This document shows, in pieces, positions 9,796 to 23,299 of a stretch of 64,000 nt of DNA. Location: contig OZ024740.1 of NCBI GenBank assembly GCA_964016885.1, positions 293,322,001 through 293,386,000 on the forward strand, given 5' to 3'. The notes under the pieces are model-generated. The model made no database searches. It saw only the letters and a program-made list of their open reading frames with translations, and had not been told where the DNA came from. Each line of letters starts with the position of its first letter. Within the stretch, counting starts at the first letter, position 1. Origin of the DNA: Eledone cirrhosa. Taxonomy: Eukaryota. Position numbers and translations under genes: made by a program.

Positions 9796-12700
9796 TGGAA
9801 AATTTGAACAGGAACAAAACAGAGAGGCAGTACAACGAATGTTTATTAATTTCACGCTCTTGAGAGTGGGGTGGTGGTGGGGAACGACGTTTCGGGCATA
9901 AGCCCTTCTTCAGGTGAAAAGTGTGTGGGAAGAGAGTTCAAAGGGTGTGTAGGGGAGTGGTGGAGAGACATATAGCAAAAAGGGGGTGGGAGGAAACGGT
10001 GCTAATGAAAATAAAAATAAAAACATGATCAAAATAAAATTAAAATGGGGTAAAACAGGTGGTGGAAGGGTGTGGGGCGTGTAACGGTGGTGGCGGGTGG
10101 AGTGGGGAGAGGGAGACGGGGTGTCCGAGCGGGGAGGGCTGAAGGTGGTGTGTGTGTGTAGGTGTACGTGTGTGTGTGTGTGTGTATGTGAAAGCAAGGG
10201 TTGGGGGAAGAACGGGGTTGCATGTTCAGGAAGAGGTGTGTGTGGGGTGGGGTGTAGGTCGGAGTGTGTGTGCGTGTGTGGATAGAGGGGTGGGGGGAGA
10301 GGAATCCGGAGGCTGAATGTGTAAATATGTGGCGGAACGCACGTGTGTGTGGTATTTAAGCGTGTTGTGGGTGTAGGTGGCGTGTGGGAAAAAAAATTTT
10401 TAGGTGTGTGTGTGGGTGAGTCATGAAGGTGATTCCGTAAGAAGATGTGGTGGAAAGGTTGGTAAAATCCTAGGATGGTAGTTGATTCCGCGGTCAAGGT
10501 CCACATACGAGGAATCCGTGAAGAGATGGTCGGAAGAGGGGAGATGTGGGGTGCGCGCGCTACAGGAAGTGGTCAAGGCAGTAGGAGTGCTGTGTGTCTG
10601 TGTGTGCTGGGAGGTGGTCAGATGGCATAGCAGCAGTAGGGTGGAATGGTAAAGGGGCGAAGAGGGGTAGGTGTGAAAGTAGGAGTGTGGAGGGGGTGTG
10701 TGTGTATATTAGTAGAGGTGTTAGTGGGATGAGTGAGTGTTGGAGAAAGGGTGTGGGTGGAGCGGGGAAAGAAGGGTCTGGGGGTCGATGGAGGGAGTGT
10801 GGTGTACTGGTGTGTGTGTAGTTTGATGAAGGGGGTGTTAGTGGGTGTTAGTATACAGGAAATGGAGAAAGGGTTGAATGCGGGTGTGAGTGGGGGTCAG
10901 TGGTGGTAGGGTGTGTAGAGTTGGTGGTGTAAGAGGGTGTGTGTGTACGTGTGCGTGGGGTTGGGGGTGTTAGTGATGTTAGTTGCGTGTAGGGTGGGTG
11001 GTGTAAGTGGGTGCGTGTGTTCGTGTGCTTGGGGTCAGGGGGTGTTAGTGATGTTAGTTGCGGGATGGTGGGGTGGATATGTGGGGGTGAGGGTTAGTGG
11101 TGGTAGTAGGGTGTGTGTTTAGTGTGAGCGCGTGTATATATGTGCCGGTGGGTGTGTGTGTGTGATAAGGAGGGGGGAGAAGAAGGGAGGGATGTTAGTA
11201 TGTTAGTTGGGGAAGGGTGGTCGGATGAGGGGTCGAGTGGAGGTGTTAGTATTGTTAGTTGTGGAGTGGGCGGTGAAAAGGAGGGGTGTGTTAGTGGTGT
11301 TAGTGGGGGATATGTGTGGAGGGAGGGGGCGGTCGAAGGCTAAAGGAATAAGGGTGGGGAGTTCAGGCCGGGGGGAGTGTGGGTCTGTAAGATGAAGATG
11401 GTTCTTTGTTCAACTCTGAGGAGATTGGCGGGTGTTCCGTGGCATTGGAGTAGGCCAGACTGAGATGGCGTGCGGAATGTCCAGGGGCACCAAAGTGGCG
11501 GGCGATGGGGCAACTACCACCGAAACGAATATCCCGGAGGTGCTCAGTGAATCTGTCCGCCAGGCGACGTCCCGTCTGTCCGTAGACTAGGTTGGAGGAG
11601 GTGCAACGGAAGGCATGCCGGACAGAGAGAGAGTTGCCGTTGGGACCCTGGAAGGTGGTGGTGTTGGTGATATGGGGACAGGTGTTGCAGCGGGGCCTAG
11701 AACAGCGAAAGGAACCGGGGGGAGAGCGTGGGTTGGGGGGTAGGGAGCTGTGGACGAGCAGGGTGCGAAGATTGCGTGGGTGTTTGAAGGAGTGGAGGGT
11801 GGGGTTGGGAAGATGTGGGAGGTGGAGGGGTCGGACTGGAGGCGTCGGAAGAGGCGGCGGATGGTGCGGTGGAGGGGTAAGATGGAGGGGTGGTAGGTGA
11901 TGGGGATGGGGAGACGGTGGGTAGTGTGCGGTGGCGTGGGGTGAGGGTGGTGGAGCGGTGGACAGCACGGGCGCGGGTGAGAGCGGTGTGGACGAGAGAG
12001 GGGGGTAATCTCTGCGGATGAAATGGCTGACTAGGGAAAGGGCCTGGGACTCGAAGTCAGCATCTCGGCTACAGAGGCGGCGGATCCTGAGGAGTTGGGA
12101 GTAGGGAATAGAGTGTTTAGTGTGTGTGGGGTGGGAAGAGGTGAAGTCGAGGTAAGAGTGGGAGTCGGTGGGTTTGAAGAAGGCGGAGGTGACGAGGGAG
12201 TGGTGGGAGGGGTCGAAGGCGACGGAGATTTCTAAGAAGTGGACGTGGGTGGTGGAGATAGAGGTGGTGAAGTGGAGGGAGGGGTGGAAGGAGCAGAAGA
12301 AGGAGAGAAAGGAGTCGAGCTGTTCTCGGGTGAGGGTCGTGGCTCCGATACAGTCGTCGATGTAACGACCGTACAGTTCGGGTGTGGGGCCGGTGTACTG
12401 GGCAAAGATTTGGGCCTCAACATGGCCAACAAAAAGGTTGGCATAGTTCGGGCCCATTCTTGTACCCATGGCTACCCCCGTGACCTGTTGGTAAAACTCA
12501 CCCGAGAAGGAGAAACAATTGAGGGTGAGGACCAGCTCGGCGAGGCGAAGGAGGGTAGGGGTGGAGGGAATGGGGGAGGGGCGATGGTCGAGGTAGTGTT
12601 TGAGGGCGCGTAGGCCGTCGGCGTGGGGGATGACGGTGTAGAGGGACTTGATGTCTAGGGTGAAGAGGAAGGGCTGTGGGCCAGGTGGGTAGGTGAAGGA

Positions 12701-13080
12701 GTCGAAAATGCGCAGGGCGTGGTTGGTGTCGGAGATGTGGGAGGGGAGGGTGGTGACAAGGGGGCGAGGATGGAGTCGAGAAAGGCGGAGATGAGTTCGG
12801 TGGGGCAGTTGCAAGCGGAGACGATGGGGCGGCCGGGGTTGTCGGGTTTGTGGAATTTGGGGTGGAATTAGATGGTGGGGGTGCGGGGGGTGCGGACGAT
12901 GAGGTGGGAAGCGGTGGGGGCGGAGGAGACAAGGTGTTGGATGGTGGAGGAAACTTGTTGGTAGAGGGGTGTGGGATCGGAGGGTAGAGAGCGGTAGAAG
13001 AGGGGTTACGGAGCTGCCTGAGGGCTTCGGCCGTGTAGAGGTCCGCGCGCCACACCACCACGGCGCCTCCCTTGTCCGCA
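9796..13080 (-). mobile_element. Penelope-like element, Neptune-type (RT + Zn finger + eroded GIY-YIG), with long C/A-rich 3' region and terminal hammerhead, embedded in (TA)n
   Basis: ADKGGAVVVW, LFTLDIKSLYT, GVAMGTRMGPNYANLF, YGRYIDDC, FKPTD, SIPYSQLLR, CSRPRCNTC, GQTGRRLADRFTEH. Frameshifted. Confidence 0.85.
9886..9915 (-). ncRNA. Minimal PLE-type hammerhead ribozyme motif
   Basis: Minus strand: CUGAAGA-AGGGC-UUAU-GCCC-GAAAC-GUC. Stem I is weak (2 bp). Confidence 0.7.
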
Positions 13081-13091
13081 TATATATATAT

Positions 13092-13334
13092 GTTGTTTCC
13101 TTGAGCAAGACACTTTATTTCACATTGCTCCAATTTACTCAGCTGTCGAAATGAGATGATAGGGACTGGGGTCCATATCATTCCACTGCACAGTGGTCGT
13201 GGAGGTGCCACGGCAAAAAAGCACCCAGCACTCACTGTAAATGAGGTTGGTGTTAGGAAGGGCATCCTGCTGTAGAAATCAAGCCAGAATCAGTTCCCGT
13301 CCCACCCTTGCAAGCAGGGAAAAGCGGGCGTAAA

Positions 13335-13379
<45 letters not shown>
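13092..13379 (+). mobile_element. 5'-truncated SINE (CORE-like body, (ATG)n tail)
   Basis: TCCTTGAGCAAGACACTTTATTTCACATTGCTCC core-like block, and a 3' segment ending in (ATG)n. Confidence 0.7.
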
Positions 13380-13381
<2 letters not shown>

Positions 13382-13389
13382 ATATATAT

Positions 13390-13861
13390 ATAACAAAGAA
13401 AGTGTGGTAGGAAACCAGGTTGACCAATACGCACCAGAGTACTCGATACTTAGGGTAAGTAGAGTGAGTAATAGGAAAAGAGTCAGGACACCGACGGCTG
13501 AGCTCCGGCCGTTTCGGCAGCTAGATCCGAACTAAGCCAGCAGTATTAGATCGGCGGGAATCTAGTTGAACTTTCAAGGGGTACAGTCCATATATGGACA
13601 TGCAGTCAAAACAAAAAAAAGCAAAAAAAAGCAGAAATATCAAATCAAACAATCCTAAAAATTTGTTATTTTTTTTCTTGTCTGTCACGGGAGTGGTCAA
13701 TGATTTGGGGATGTCATGTACATGGTTAAATTCCTGCATGCCCATATATAGACTGTACATTTAATAAGTTTAGCTGGATTCCCGCCGTTCTGATACTGCT
13801 TGCTTAGTTCAGATCTAGCTATCGAAACGGCCGGAGCTCAGCCGTTGGGGTCCTGACTCTT
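13390..13861. mobile_element. Fold-back non-autonomous element with hammerhead in each arm (arms ~13477-13605 and ~13734-13861)
   Basis: Diverged inverted repeat flanked by (TA)n. Related to 30489-31032. Confidence 0.75.
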
Positions 13862-13862
13862 G

Positions 13863-13898
<36 letters not shown>

Positions 13899-13939
13899 AT
13901 ATATATATATATATATATATATGTATACGTGTATATATA

Positions 13940-15220
<1,281 letters not shown>

Positions 15221-15479
15221 ATATATATATATATATATATGCTTACAATATATATGCAATATTATCGCATATACCACATGTTTTTTGGCAGGACAGGCTA
15301 TTACAACAAATGAAAGCCGACGTCCCTTTTACGAATTAAAGATGTGTAATATCACATCACTGATAGGAAATTTAAATAATATAAAAAATTAAAATTGGAA
15401 ATATCATATATTGGGAATACAAGTGTTCGAAATATGGTTCCTCCGAAGAGTCTTTGGATTAACGTTACTCGATAGTACG

Positions 15480-15635
15480 CCGTCGGTACTAGACTGGTAC
15501 GTTTTTATAGACCTCGAATGGATGAAAAGCAAAATTGATGTTGGCAGGAGTTGAACTCAGATAGCAGAGAGCCGAAAGCAATGACGGTAAAGTATTCTAT
15601 CCGACGTTTTAACGACTCTGCCAATTCGTAGCCTT
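15480..15635 (-). mobile_element. tRNA-derived SINE (Nin/Deu-like central domain), degenerate
   Basis: CTGGTAC..TTTAT..GGATGAAAAGCAAA..TTGAACTCAG (B-box) and an A-box head. Confidence 0.7.
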
Positions 15636-16431
15636 TAGCTTGAGTTTAAACAACAGCATATGTAATCAGGTATTACATATTCTATGTTATATTCTGAAAG
15701 CAAGATATATCCATGGATATTTTGAAGCCATATCACACAGAATATCTGAAAACCATGAATCACTTGATGTCATAACTATATATGATGGTAGGGGTGGGTT
15801 ATACTTGATGGAATTGATCACAGTAGTAAAAGCTTCAATAATGACTATATCTACTCAGGAAGCAACGAGGGAAAGCAAAATCAAAAGCAATGGGATTTGA
15901 TTATAGGAATTACAATGGAGAAATTGATACTGTAAAACATTTAGTCTCTAACTTATCTACAACTCATTTACACAGTTCCAATATATATCTTCTATATGAC
16001 TTTAGCATATTCTAGCCCATAAATTTCCCCTCTTCCGCTACCTTTTATCGACGTCATTCTTATGATGATGATGATGCTGATGATGGTGGTGGTGGTGGTG
16101 GTGGTGGTGGTGGTGGTGGTGGTGGTGGTGGTGGTGGTGGAGGTGGTGGTAGCGGTAGTTGTAGTAGTAGTAGCGGTGAGAGTGGTAGTGTATGCGGTGT
16201 TTATAGTATAGTAGTAGTAGAAGTAGTAGTGGTGGTTGTGGTGTTGGTGGTGGTGGTTGTGGTGGTAGAAGTTATGGTGCTGGTGCTGTTAGTGGTATTA
16301 GTGGGATTGGTAGTGAAGTGAGTAATGTTAGTAGTGGTGGGGATGTTGGTGGTAGTGGTGGAGGTGGTGGTGGTGGTGTGGACCACCACTTTTATTATGA
16401 TGGTCGCAATAATGAGCATTATTATTTCTAG

Positions 16432-16610
16432 CTTGGCAGTATCGGTAGAGGGTCGGACGCCATGCTTTGAAGCATAGAGTTACTTCCCTTTATGATCTGA
16501 GTTCAAATCCCGCCGAGGTTAACTTTGCCTTTCATCCTTACAGGGTTGATAAAATAAAGTACCAGTAATACACTGGGATAATTGCTGGCCTTGTGCCAAA
16601 AGTAAACACA
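16432..16610 (+). mobile_element. tRNA-derived SINE with 14-bp TSD ATTATTATTTCTAG
   Basis: A-box TGGCAGTATCGG, B-box GAGTTCAAATCCC, GCCTTTCATCCTTAC..GATAAAATAAAGTACCAGT. TSD at 16418-16431 and 16611-16624. Confidence 0.85.
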
Positions 16611-16699
16611 ATTATTATTTCTAGTTGTACAAGGACACTACCCCCCCCCCTCCCCTCCTTCCTTACTCATGGTAAATATAATCTCTTTTTATATCACGG

Positions 16700-16878
16700 T
16701 TTGAGTTATGTATTCAGTTGGATACTGTTGTTTCTGACAGGGCTCCCTGGAAGGAGTGTTTAAGGACTTTGACCCAACGACCCTCTCAGGGATAAGTGGG
16801 AGAAGGAGGAGGAGGAGGAGGAGGAGAAGAAGAAGAAGAAGAAGAAGAAGAAGAAGAAGAAGAAGAAGAAGAAGAAGA
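16700..16878 (+). mobile_element. RTE (Expander-like) 3' end with (GGA)n(GAA)n tail
   Basis: WKECLRTLTQRPSQG*-GTGG matches WKDCLRTLPPRVSQK*-GTGG at 7409. Confidence 0.65.
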
Positions 16879-16949
16879 ATTCTAAATACTGACATTTTTT
16901 TCTATCTTGCCTTGCTAGTTCGTTTAGCATCTATTTAATTATTGTATAG

Positions 16950-17520
16950 CTATAACTTAGGTATCTAGTAGATTCATACATATGACATTATTTTTGTAGT
17001 TAACTACATTTTAAGCATTAATCTATCAAATCTTCAATATTCCTTCTAAAATCTTTCTTACGCTTTGCCTAATGCATTGATTTCTATGTATTTTGTGAGT
17101 TGATGTTTCGTCTAATTTTCTATATGACACGTCATAACTGTCTTAATCATCCACTTTTCAATTTCCAATTCCTCTAGTGACTCTATGTACTGTATGTGGC
17201 AGGGTTTCTAACTTTTTATTATATGCTACATGCAGCTTGAAGTCGTCCATATACAAAAGATAGTTAATTTTCTTCCCTTAGCAATTGCTGTCCGGGACCA
17301 ATCGTATTGAATATGTTAGTTAAAGATGTTGTCGACAGATAGAAAAGAAGAGGAAAGAGATAGTAGGTTCCTTGAGATATTTTTCTTCTAATAGAGATTG
17401 TGTCATGGTGTTGGGTTTTATAATTTCCTTTTTTGTCTATCTGTAGAATTGTTTGCCATTTACACACGATATGATTCAATTATCTGCTTATTATTGGTAC
17501 TATCCTAATAAGTCTTTCGA
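16950..17520 (-). pseudogene. Highly degenerate RLE-type LINE RT fragment
   Basis: Remnants IRRKISQG..PLLFYL and NYLLYMDDFKL. Confidence 0.5.
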
Positions 17521-17529
17521 ACATTGGCA

Positions 17530-17710
17530 TAATGCCAGCAAGTCGATTATCTCCGCCCCAGTACTTTACTAGTACTTTATTTTCTTGACCTCAGATGGAT
17601 GAAAAGCAAGGTTGACTTCGGTCGGATTTGAACATAGAACAGGAAGAGCCGTGGAAAATAACACAAAGCATCGCATCAGACGCCCTAACAATTCTACCAA
17701 TATATCACCC
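17530..17710 (-). mobile_element. tRNA-derived SINE, degenerate
   Basis: GTACTTTATTTT..GGATGAAAAGCAAGGTTGAC..GGATTTGAAC. Confidence 0.65.
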
Positions 17711-17982
17711 TATGCTATCTTAATCATGGCTAATGTTTATATGGCCAACAACAGAGCAACACAGTCGAAAGTCTTCCGGTGGTCGATTAATGATAGCTCA
17801 AGGACTTTTTTCTGTTTCTACATTTTTTCATTTATAGTCTTGTTGATCAGCAATTGATTTTTACAGCTATGAGCCATAACATCCTTCTTGCTTTCCAAGT
17901 CAGGGCCTAGTAGTATTGGGGGTATGCTGTTTATTTAATACTGAGAATTGCCAAGCAAAATGTAGCACCGTTGATACAATTC

Positions 17983-18070
<88 letters not shown>

Positions 18071-18080
18071 ATATTAACAA

Positions 18081-18354
18081 ATGGAAACTATATTTATAAA
18101 ACCATATTTATTTTATTATACATATTTCAAGGGCCACCAAGGCAAATTATGGTGCGCTTTCATCAGATAAAATACAATACAGATTAGTTTTATAAATAAA
18201 TATTGACATACCCTGAATAAAGACAACCTTAACGGTTGGAGCTTCCTGCAAAATGTATTGTATTTTATCTGATGAAAGCGCACCATAATTTGCCTTGGTG
18301 GCCCTTGAAATATGTATAATAAAATAAATATGGTTTTATAAATATAGTTTCCAT
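18081..18354. mobile_element. Perfect 100-bp inverted repeat (74-bp spacer) with a hammerhead in each arm
   Basis: Arms 18081-18180 and 18255-18354 are exact reverse complements. Adjacent to (TA)n. Confidence 0.9.
18261..18326 (+). ncRNA. Type I hammerhead ribozyme (mirror copy on minus strand 18109-18174)
   Basis: UAUUUUAU-CUGAUGA-AAG..CACCA/UGGUG..CUU-GAAA-UAUGUAUA-AUAAAAUA. Stem I is 8 bp and the site is AUA. Confidence 0.8.
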
Positions 18355-18458
18355 ATATATTGTATATTTACTCCACTAAACTGTTGGGTGCTTTATATCA
18401 GTTATAAAAAAAAAATGTTAAGCTTGTTGAATCCCAACAAATTAAATATAACCTCTGC

Positions 18459-18596
<138 letters not shown>

Positions 18597-18787
18597 GTGT
18601 GTGTGTGATATATGATATATTTGTGTGCATTCATGTTCATATGAGTGTATATACTCATGTTCATATGAGTGTATACAGTCACAGGAACACAAATTCACTC
18701 AAATATATCAAATACATACATACATACATACATACATACATACATACATACATACATACATACATACATACATGCATACATACATAC

Positions 18788-21289
18788 AAAGCTCAATCTC
18801 TGTAAATGACACCCCTTCAAAAGAACAGGTTGAAAGCTACTGGAGATCTGTATGGGAAACGGATGACGGATTCAACAGACAAGCTAATTGGCTAAAAGAA
18901 CTGGAACAGGACTACTGCCAACATGTCCAGACAAAACAATATGACATAGATGGGTCAATACTGGAAACAGCTCTACAGAAAATGTCGAATAGGAAATCGC
19001 CAGGCCCAGACCTCATTACAGGATACTGGTTGAAGAATTTCACTTTCTATCGGCAAGATCTCATACGGCTGTTTACAGAAACCATTAAGGGCACACAAGA
19101 ACTGCCCAGATGGTTATCAACTGCCTCTACTCTCCTCATTCCCAAAAATAGCCAAACCACCCTTGCTAAAAATTACCGCCCAATTGCCTGCCAAAACATC
19201 ATGTATAAATTATATACTGGGTGCCTTAACCTGTTCTTACAGGATCACTGTGCTACCAACAACATCATAACACCTGAGCAAGCTGGTGGAAAGAGGGAGG
19301 TGTGGGGTTGCATAGATCACCTACTAACTAACAAAATGATTCAGGAAAAAACAACAAAGAATCGCAGAAACATGACTGTCGTGTGGCTGGACTATCAAAA
19401 AGCATTTGATAGTGTACCTCATGGGTGGATTGTTAAGGCTTTACAGTTAGCTAAAGTCCCACAACCATTGGTAGCTGCTGTTGAACGCCTGACCAAGAAC
19501 TGGTACACCAGTTTGATCCTTAGAGGTGAGAAGGAGCAGGTTAGGACTGATAAGATACATTACCAGAAGGGCATCTTTCAGGGTGATAGCTTGTCGGTGC
19601 TACTCTTCGTTCTCTCACTGAATCCACTATCTTACCTACTCAGGAAACAAGGTGGACAAAGAAGTGGGTCCAGAAGTATCTCCCATCTTTTCTTTGTTGA
19701 TGACCTGAAGTTGTATGGGCCAAATATCAATGACATCAAGAAACAATTGGACCTCATTACACAATTTTCAACCGACATCAAAATGAAATTTGGTGAGTCC
19801 AAGTGTGCATATTTGGCAGTAAAACGTGGAAGAGCTGTGCCCTCCTCTAGAAATCTAGAGATGAACGGCCTGACAATACAACCTCTGCAGTCAGGTGACA
19901 ACTACAGATATCTTGGACAGGATGAGAATGTCAGATATGATGGACCCATAAATAAGGAGAGAACCAGAACTGATTACCTCAGAAGAGTAAAGAAAATATG
20001 ATCATCAGAACTGTCAGCATACAACAAATACATTGCCCACAATATTTATGCTGTGCCAATTCTAACGCCAACATTTGGCCTACTGAACTGGTCATTGCAA
20101 GAACTAAGTGAGATGGATGTTAGAACTCGAAAACTTCTCAGTGTTACTGGGAACTTTAACATCAATGGTGATGTGGATAGGCTATACTTCTCACGCAAGG
20201 AAGGTGGCCGGGGTCTAAAATCAATATTAACAACATATGAGACCCGGATAGTAACACTGAAGCAACACCTTCAACAGAGGAAAAAGGTTGGCAACCATCT
20301 TGCCCAGGTTTATGACCATGAAAAAAGAAATATCATTAGAATAGCGACTGATCTGGAGGAGAGATATGGAATAAAGCCTGATATAAATCTCTCACCCAGA
20401 GAAATCGGAAGATCCTATTCAATGTTCAAACAAGATAAAAAAATTGACCAATTTACAGAAAAAGTTGTGCATGGATACTTGAGGCGTAAAACACAGACCA
20501 TAGAGGGGATAAACCACTCAAAAAGCCTGGCATGGAGTTCCGACAAGTTTATGACATCACACCTTGAGGGATATCTCTATGCAATACAGGAACAAGAACT
20601 CCCTACCAAATATCTGCTGCACAAAAGAGGAGGGCCAGCAGCTGACAATAAATGTAGGCTATGTAAAACAAAGATCGAGGATGTAAGCCACATTGTTGCC
20701 AGCTGCGAAAGAATGTCATCTCGCTACTACCTCCCCATAAGACACGATGGGATAGCTAGAACCATCTGGAACGCACTTCGGAAAACAAAATTAACAACAA
20801 ACGAGGAAGAATATATTGAGACAGATGGTACTAAGGAATACTGGTGGAACCTGAAAATAAAAACTGCCACCAAATTAAAGCACAACCGGCCTGATATTGT
20901 AGTTTGGGACCACACATTGAAAACGTGTTCTGTTGTGGAGATCAGCTGCCCACTTGATGTAAACGTTGTCAGAAAAATACAGGAGAAGGAGGACATCTAC
21001 GGACCATTGATGAGGAGTTTACAAATCCAGTATCCAAGATACATCATTATTGGTGCTACGGGTTATATACCAACCCGCTTGGACCAAAGTATGACTGAAC
21101 TTGGATTTGCGGACAAAAAGCGCAGCTCCCTAATTCATAGTCTACAAATGGCTGCGATAGCTGGCACCTTCAAAATTTGCAAAACATTCTTGCGATTCAA
21201 GGGATGACAATTTCTTTTCTTTTACAACCTTGCCACCAGGAAGGTGGCCGGTCAAAAAAATATACTCGAAATTAAGAGAAAGAGAAAAA
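18788..21289 (+). mobile_element. R4-clade RLE retrotransposon (second family), 5'-truncated, inserted in (CATA)n
   Basis: KSPGPD, NYRPIAC, WLDYQKAFDSVPH, GIFQGDSLS, FFVDDLKL, CRLC, RPDIVVWD..VEISCP. One in-frame TGA at 19999-20001 (W position); ORF ends 21207. (CATA)n at 18711-18787 and 21290-21341. Confidence 0.9.
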
Positions 21290-21818
21290 CATACATACAT
21301 ACATACATACATACATACATACATACATACATACATACATACCAACGTGAAGTACGGAAGTGAGTTGAACAACAGCTTGTTGCTACTGTTAGGGTAAACA
21401 TATAAATAACATGTGTTCTTAACAGTTTTCTTCACCTAGCTACGAGTGACAGAAAGAAAGAAGATTTATACCATTGCCAGTAACAACAAGCAAAACAACT
21501 TGTAATCACAACTTTTCCTTTACACCTGCAAATGTTAAGCTCTGGGTGCTTGTGCCCGCAGTATTTATTGGCTTTTGACACTTAGTATTATCACACATAC
21601 AGCAGACACCACACACACGTCACAACTTCGCACCTAATATTTTACATCAATCAGGCAATATGTTAAAGTCCTACATAAACTTCAGCTGGTGTCGCTGAAG
21701 TGGGAGCGTTACAAGTGAGAAGGAAGGGGAGGATGGGAGAGATAAAGTGTATATATATATATATATGTGTCGGCTGAAACACGTAATAGAGTAATGTATT
21801 TACATATACGTATATATA

Positions 21819-22123
21819 CAGTGTAGCCCCGGCATTCGCGGTCCCGGTTATTCGTAGAATTTTCCTGAGTACTTAACTAATACTTGTTCGTGGAAACCAC
21901 CGCATATTCGCGGAATCGTAAATATCTTCCGCGATCTTTTTATGGCTTTTTACGTGGCAATATATAGTTTTTCATGCTTTTTAACGCTAAACAAAATACC
22001 GCATTTGCCGGCCTATATTTTATGTTATGTTTTGATGTTTCTAGGCATTTTTATGGACCACGTTCAATATTCGCGGTTTTTCACTCTTCGCGGGTGCTCT
22101 AGGAACTTAACCTCAAAGACAAC

Positions 22124-22125
<2 letters not shown>
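21819..22125. mobile_element. Tigger/pogo-like MITE fossil
   Basis: TA|CAGTGTAGCCCCGGCATTCGCGG start, recurring TTCGCGG motifs and an ACTG end. Confidence 0.45.
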
Positions 22126-22172
<47 letters not shown>

Positions 22173-22674
22173 TACTCAATTACGTGCTCCAGCCAACAGG
22201 CTGAGGCCATGCTGGGGCATCGGCATATATATTTATGTGTGTGTACGCAAAGCAATAGAAAAAGAGGATGGTAGACGATGTAGAAAAAAAGAAAAGTAAT
22301 TGGAAATTGAGCTGCAACTAAGAACTAAAACTTCAGACAATCTAACGACAGATTTTCATCTCCCTTGTTGAAGATGGAAAAAACTTGCCTCAACACTTAA
22401 TTTTAAATCTTTAATTTTTAGTTTTTAATTCTTATTAATTCTTTTTTAATTGATCGAAAAGATGAATTTTACTAATACTTTGAAACCGGTAATACTTTAT
22501 ATACATTATATAACTCTTTTTTAAAAAAGTTGTCCCTTTTATTTTTTTCAATAATGTCACCTTGACGAATCAAAGTGAGCAAAAAAGAAAAACAGACTCT
22601 TGAATATATTTTTCGTGCTATTTCCAATTTCACCTTTTCCCTCACTCTCTCACACGCTCTCTCTCTCTCTCTCC

Positions 22675-22755
<81 letters not shown>

Positions 22756-23065
22756 TATATATATATATATATATATATATAAATGAAATGAATACAAAAG
22801 AGTATGTACCGTTAAAACATGTTTATATAAAAATGCACCTACGTATGTTTCACCCAAAAAGGGCTTCTGAAGGGCATAGAAGACAAAAAAATGATCAGTA
22901 CGTGACCCAGGAGGGGTTTTAAGGTTAAATTTACATTAGAGTTTAAGCATGCGTGTTGTTTTTGCCACAGAGCAATGGGAGTAACTCTGGCCGGTGCTTG
23001 AATAATCGTCCCCCACTGCTTTTTACCCGTTCACATGATGGTGTTTTGCGTTATTATTTTGGGGG

Positions 23066-23163
23066 GCCGAGGTTAACTTTGCCTTTCATCCTTACGGGGT
23101 CGATAAAATAAAGTACCAGTAATGCACTGGGTAATTACTGGCCTTGTGCCAAAAGTAGAAACA
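23066..23163 (+). mobile_element. 5'-truncated SINE with 13-bp TSD ATTATTTTGGGGG
   Basis: GCCGAGGTTAACTTTGCCTTTCATCC..AGTAGAAAC. TSD at 23053-23065 and 23164-23176. Confidence 0.85.
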
Positions 23164-23299
23164 ATTATTTTGGGGGTGCTGCTTTACTATTGCCGGTTCG
23201 AGCCGTGTCTGGGATGTATATTTGGTTCACCGATGTTTATTTGCGCCTCCTGCCCACCGGAGTGTTATGGTTTGGGCAGGGGGACCCAGTTTATAGTTT

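Noticed and set aside
16432-16515. tRNA genes at A/B-box sites
   Set aside because: The boxes are followed by SINE body, tail and TSD, and no complete cloverleaf is present.
19999-20001. Programmed read-through of the TGA in the R4 ORF
   Set aside because: The position corresponds to an expected Trp (KKIWSSEL), so a single TGG to TGA mutation explains it.
22880-22928. piggyBac-like terminus (..AAGGTTAA)
   Set aside because: No matching opposite end or transposase was found.
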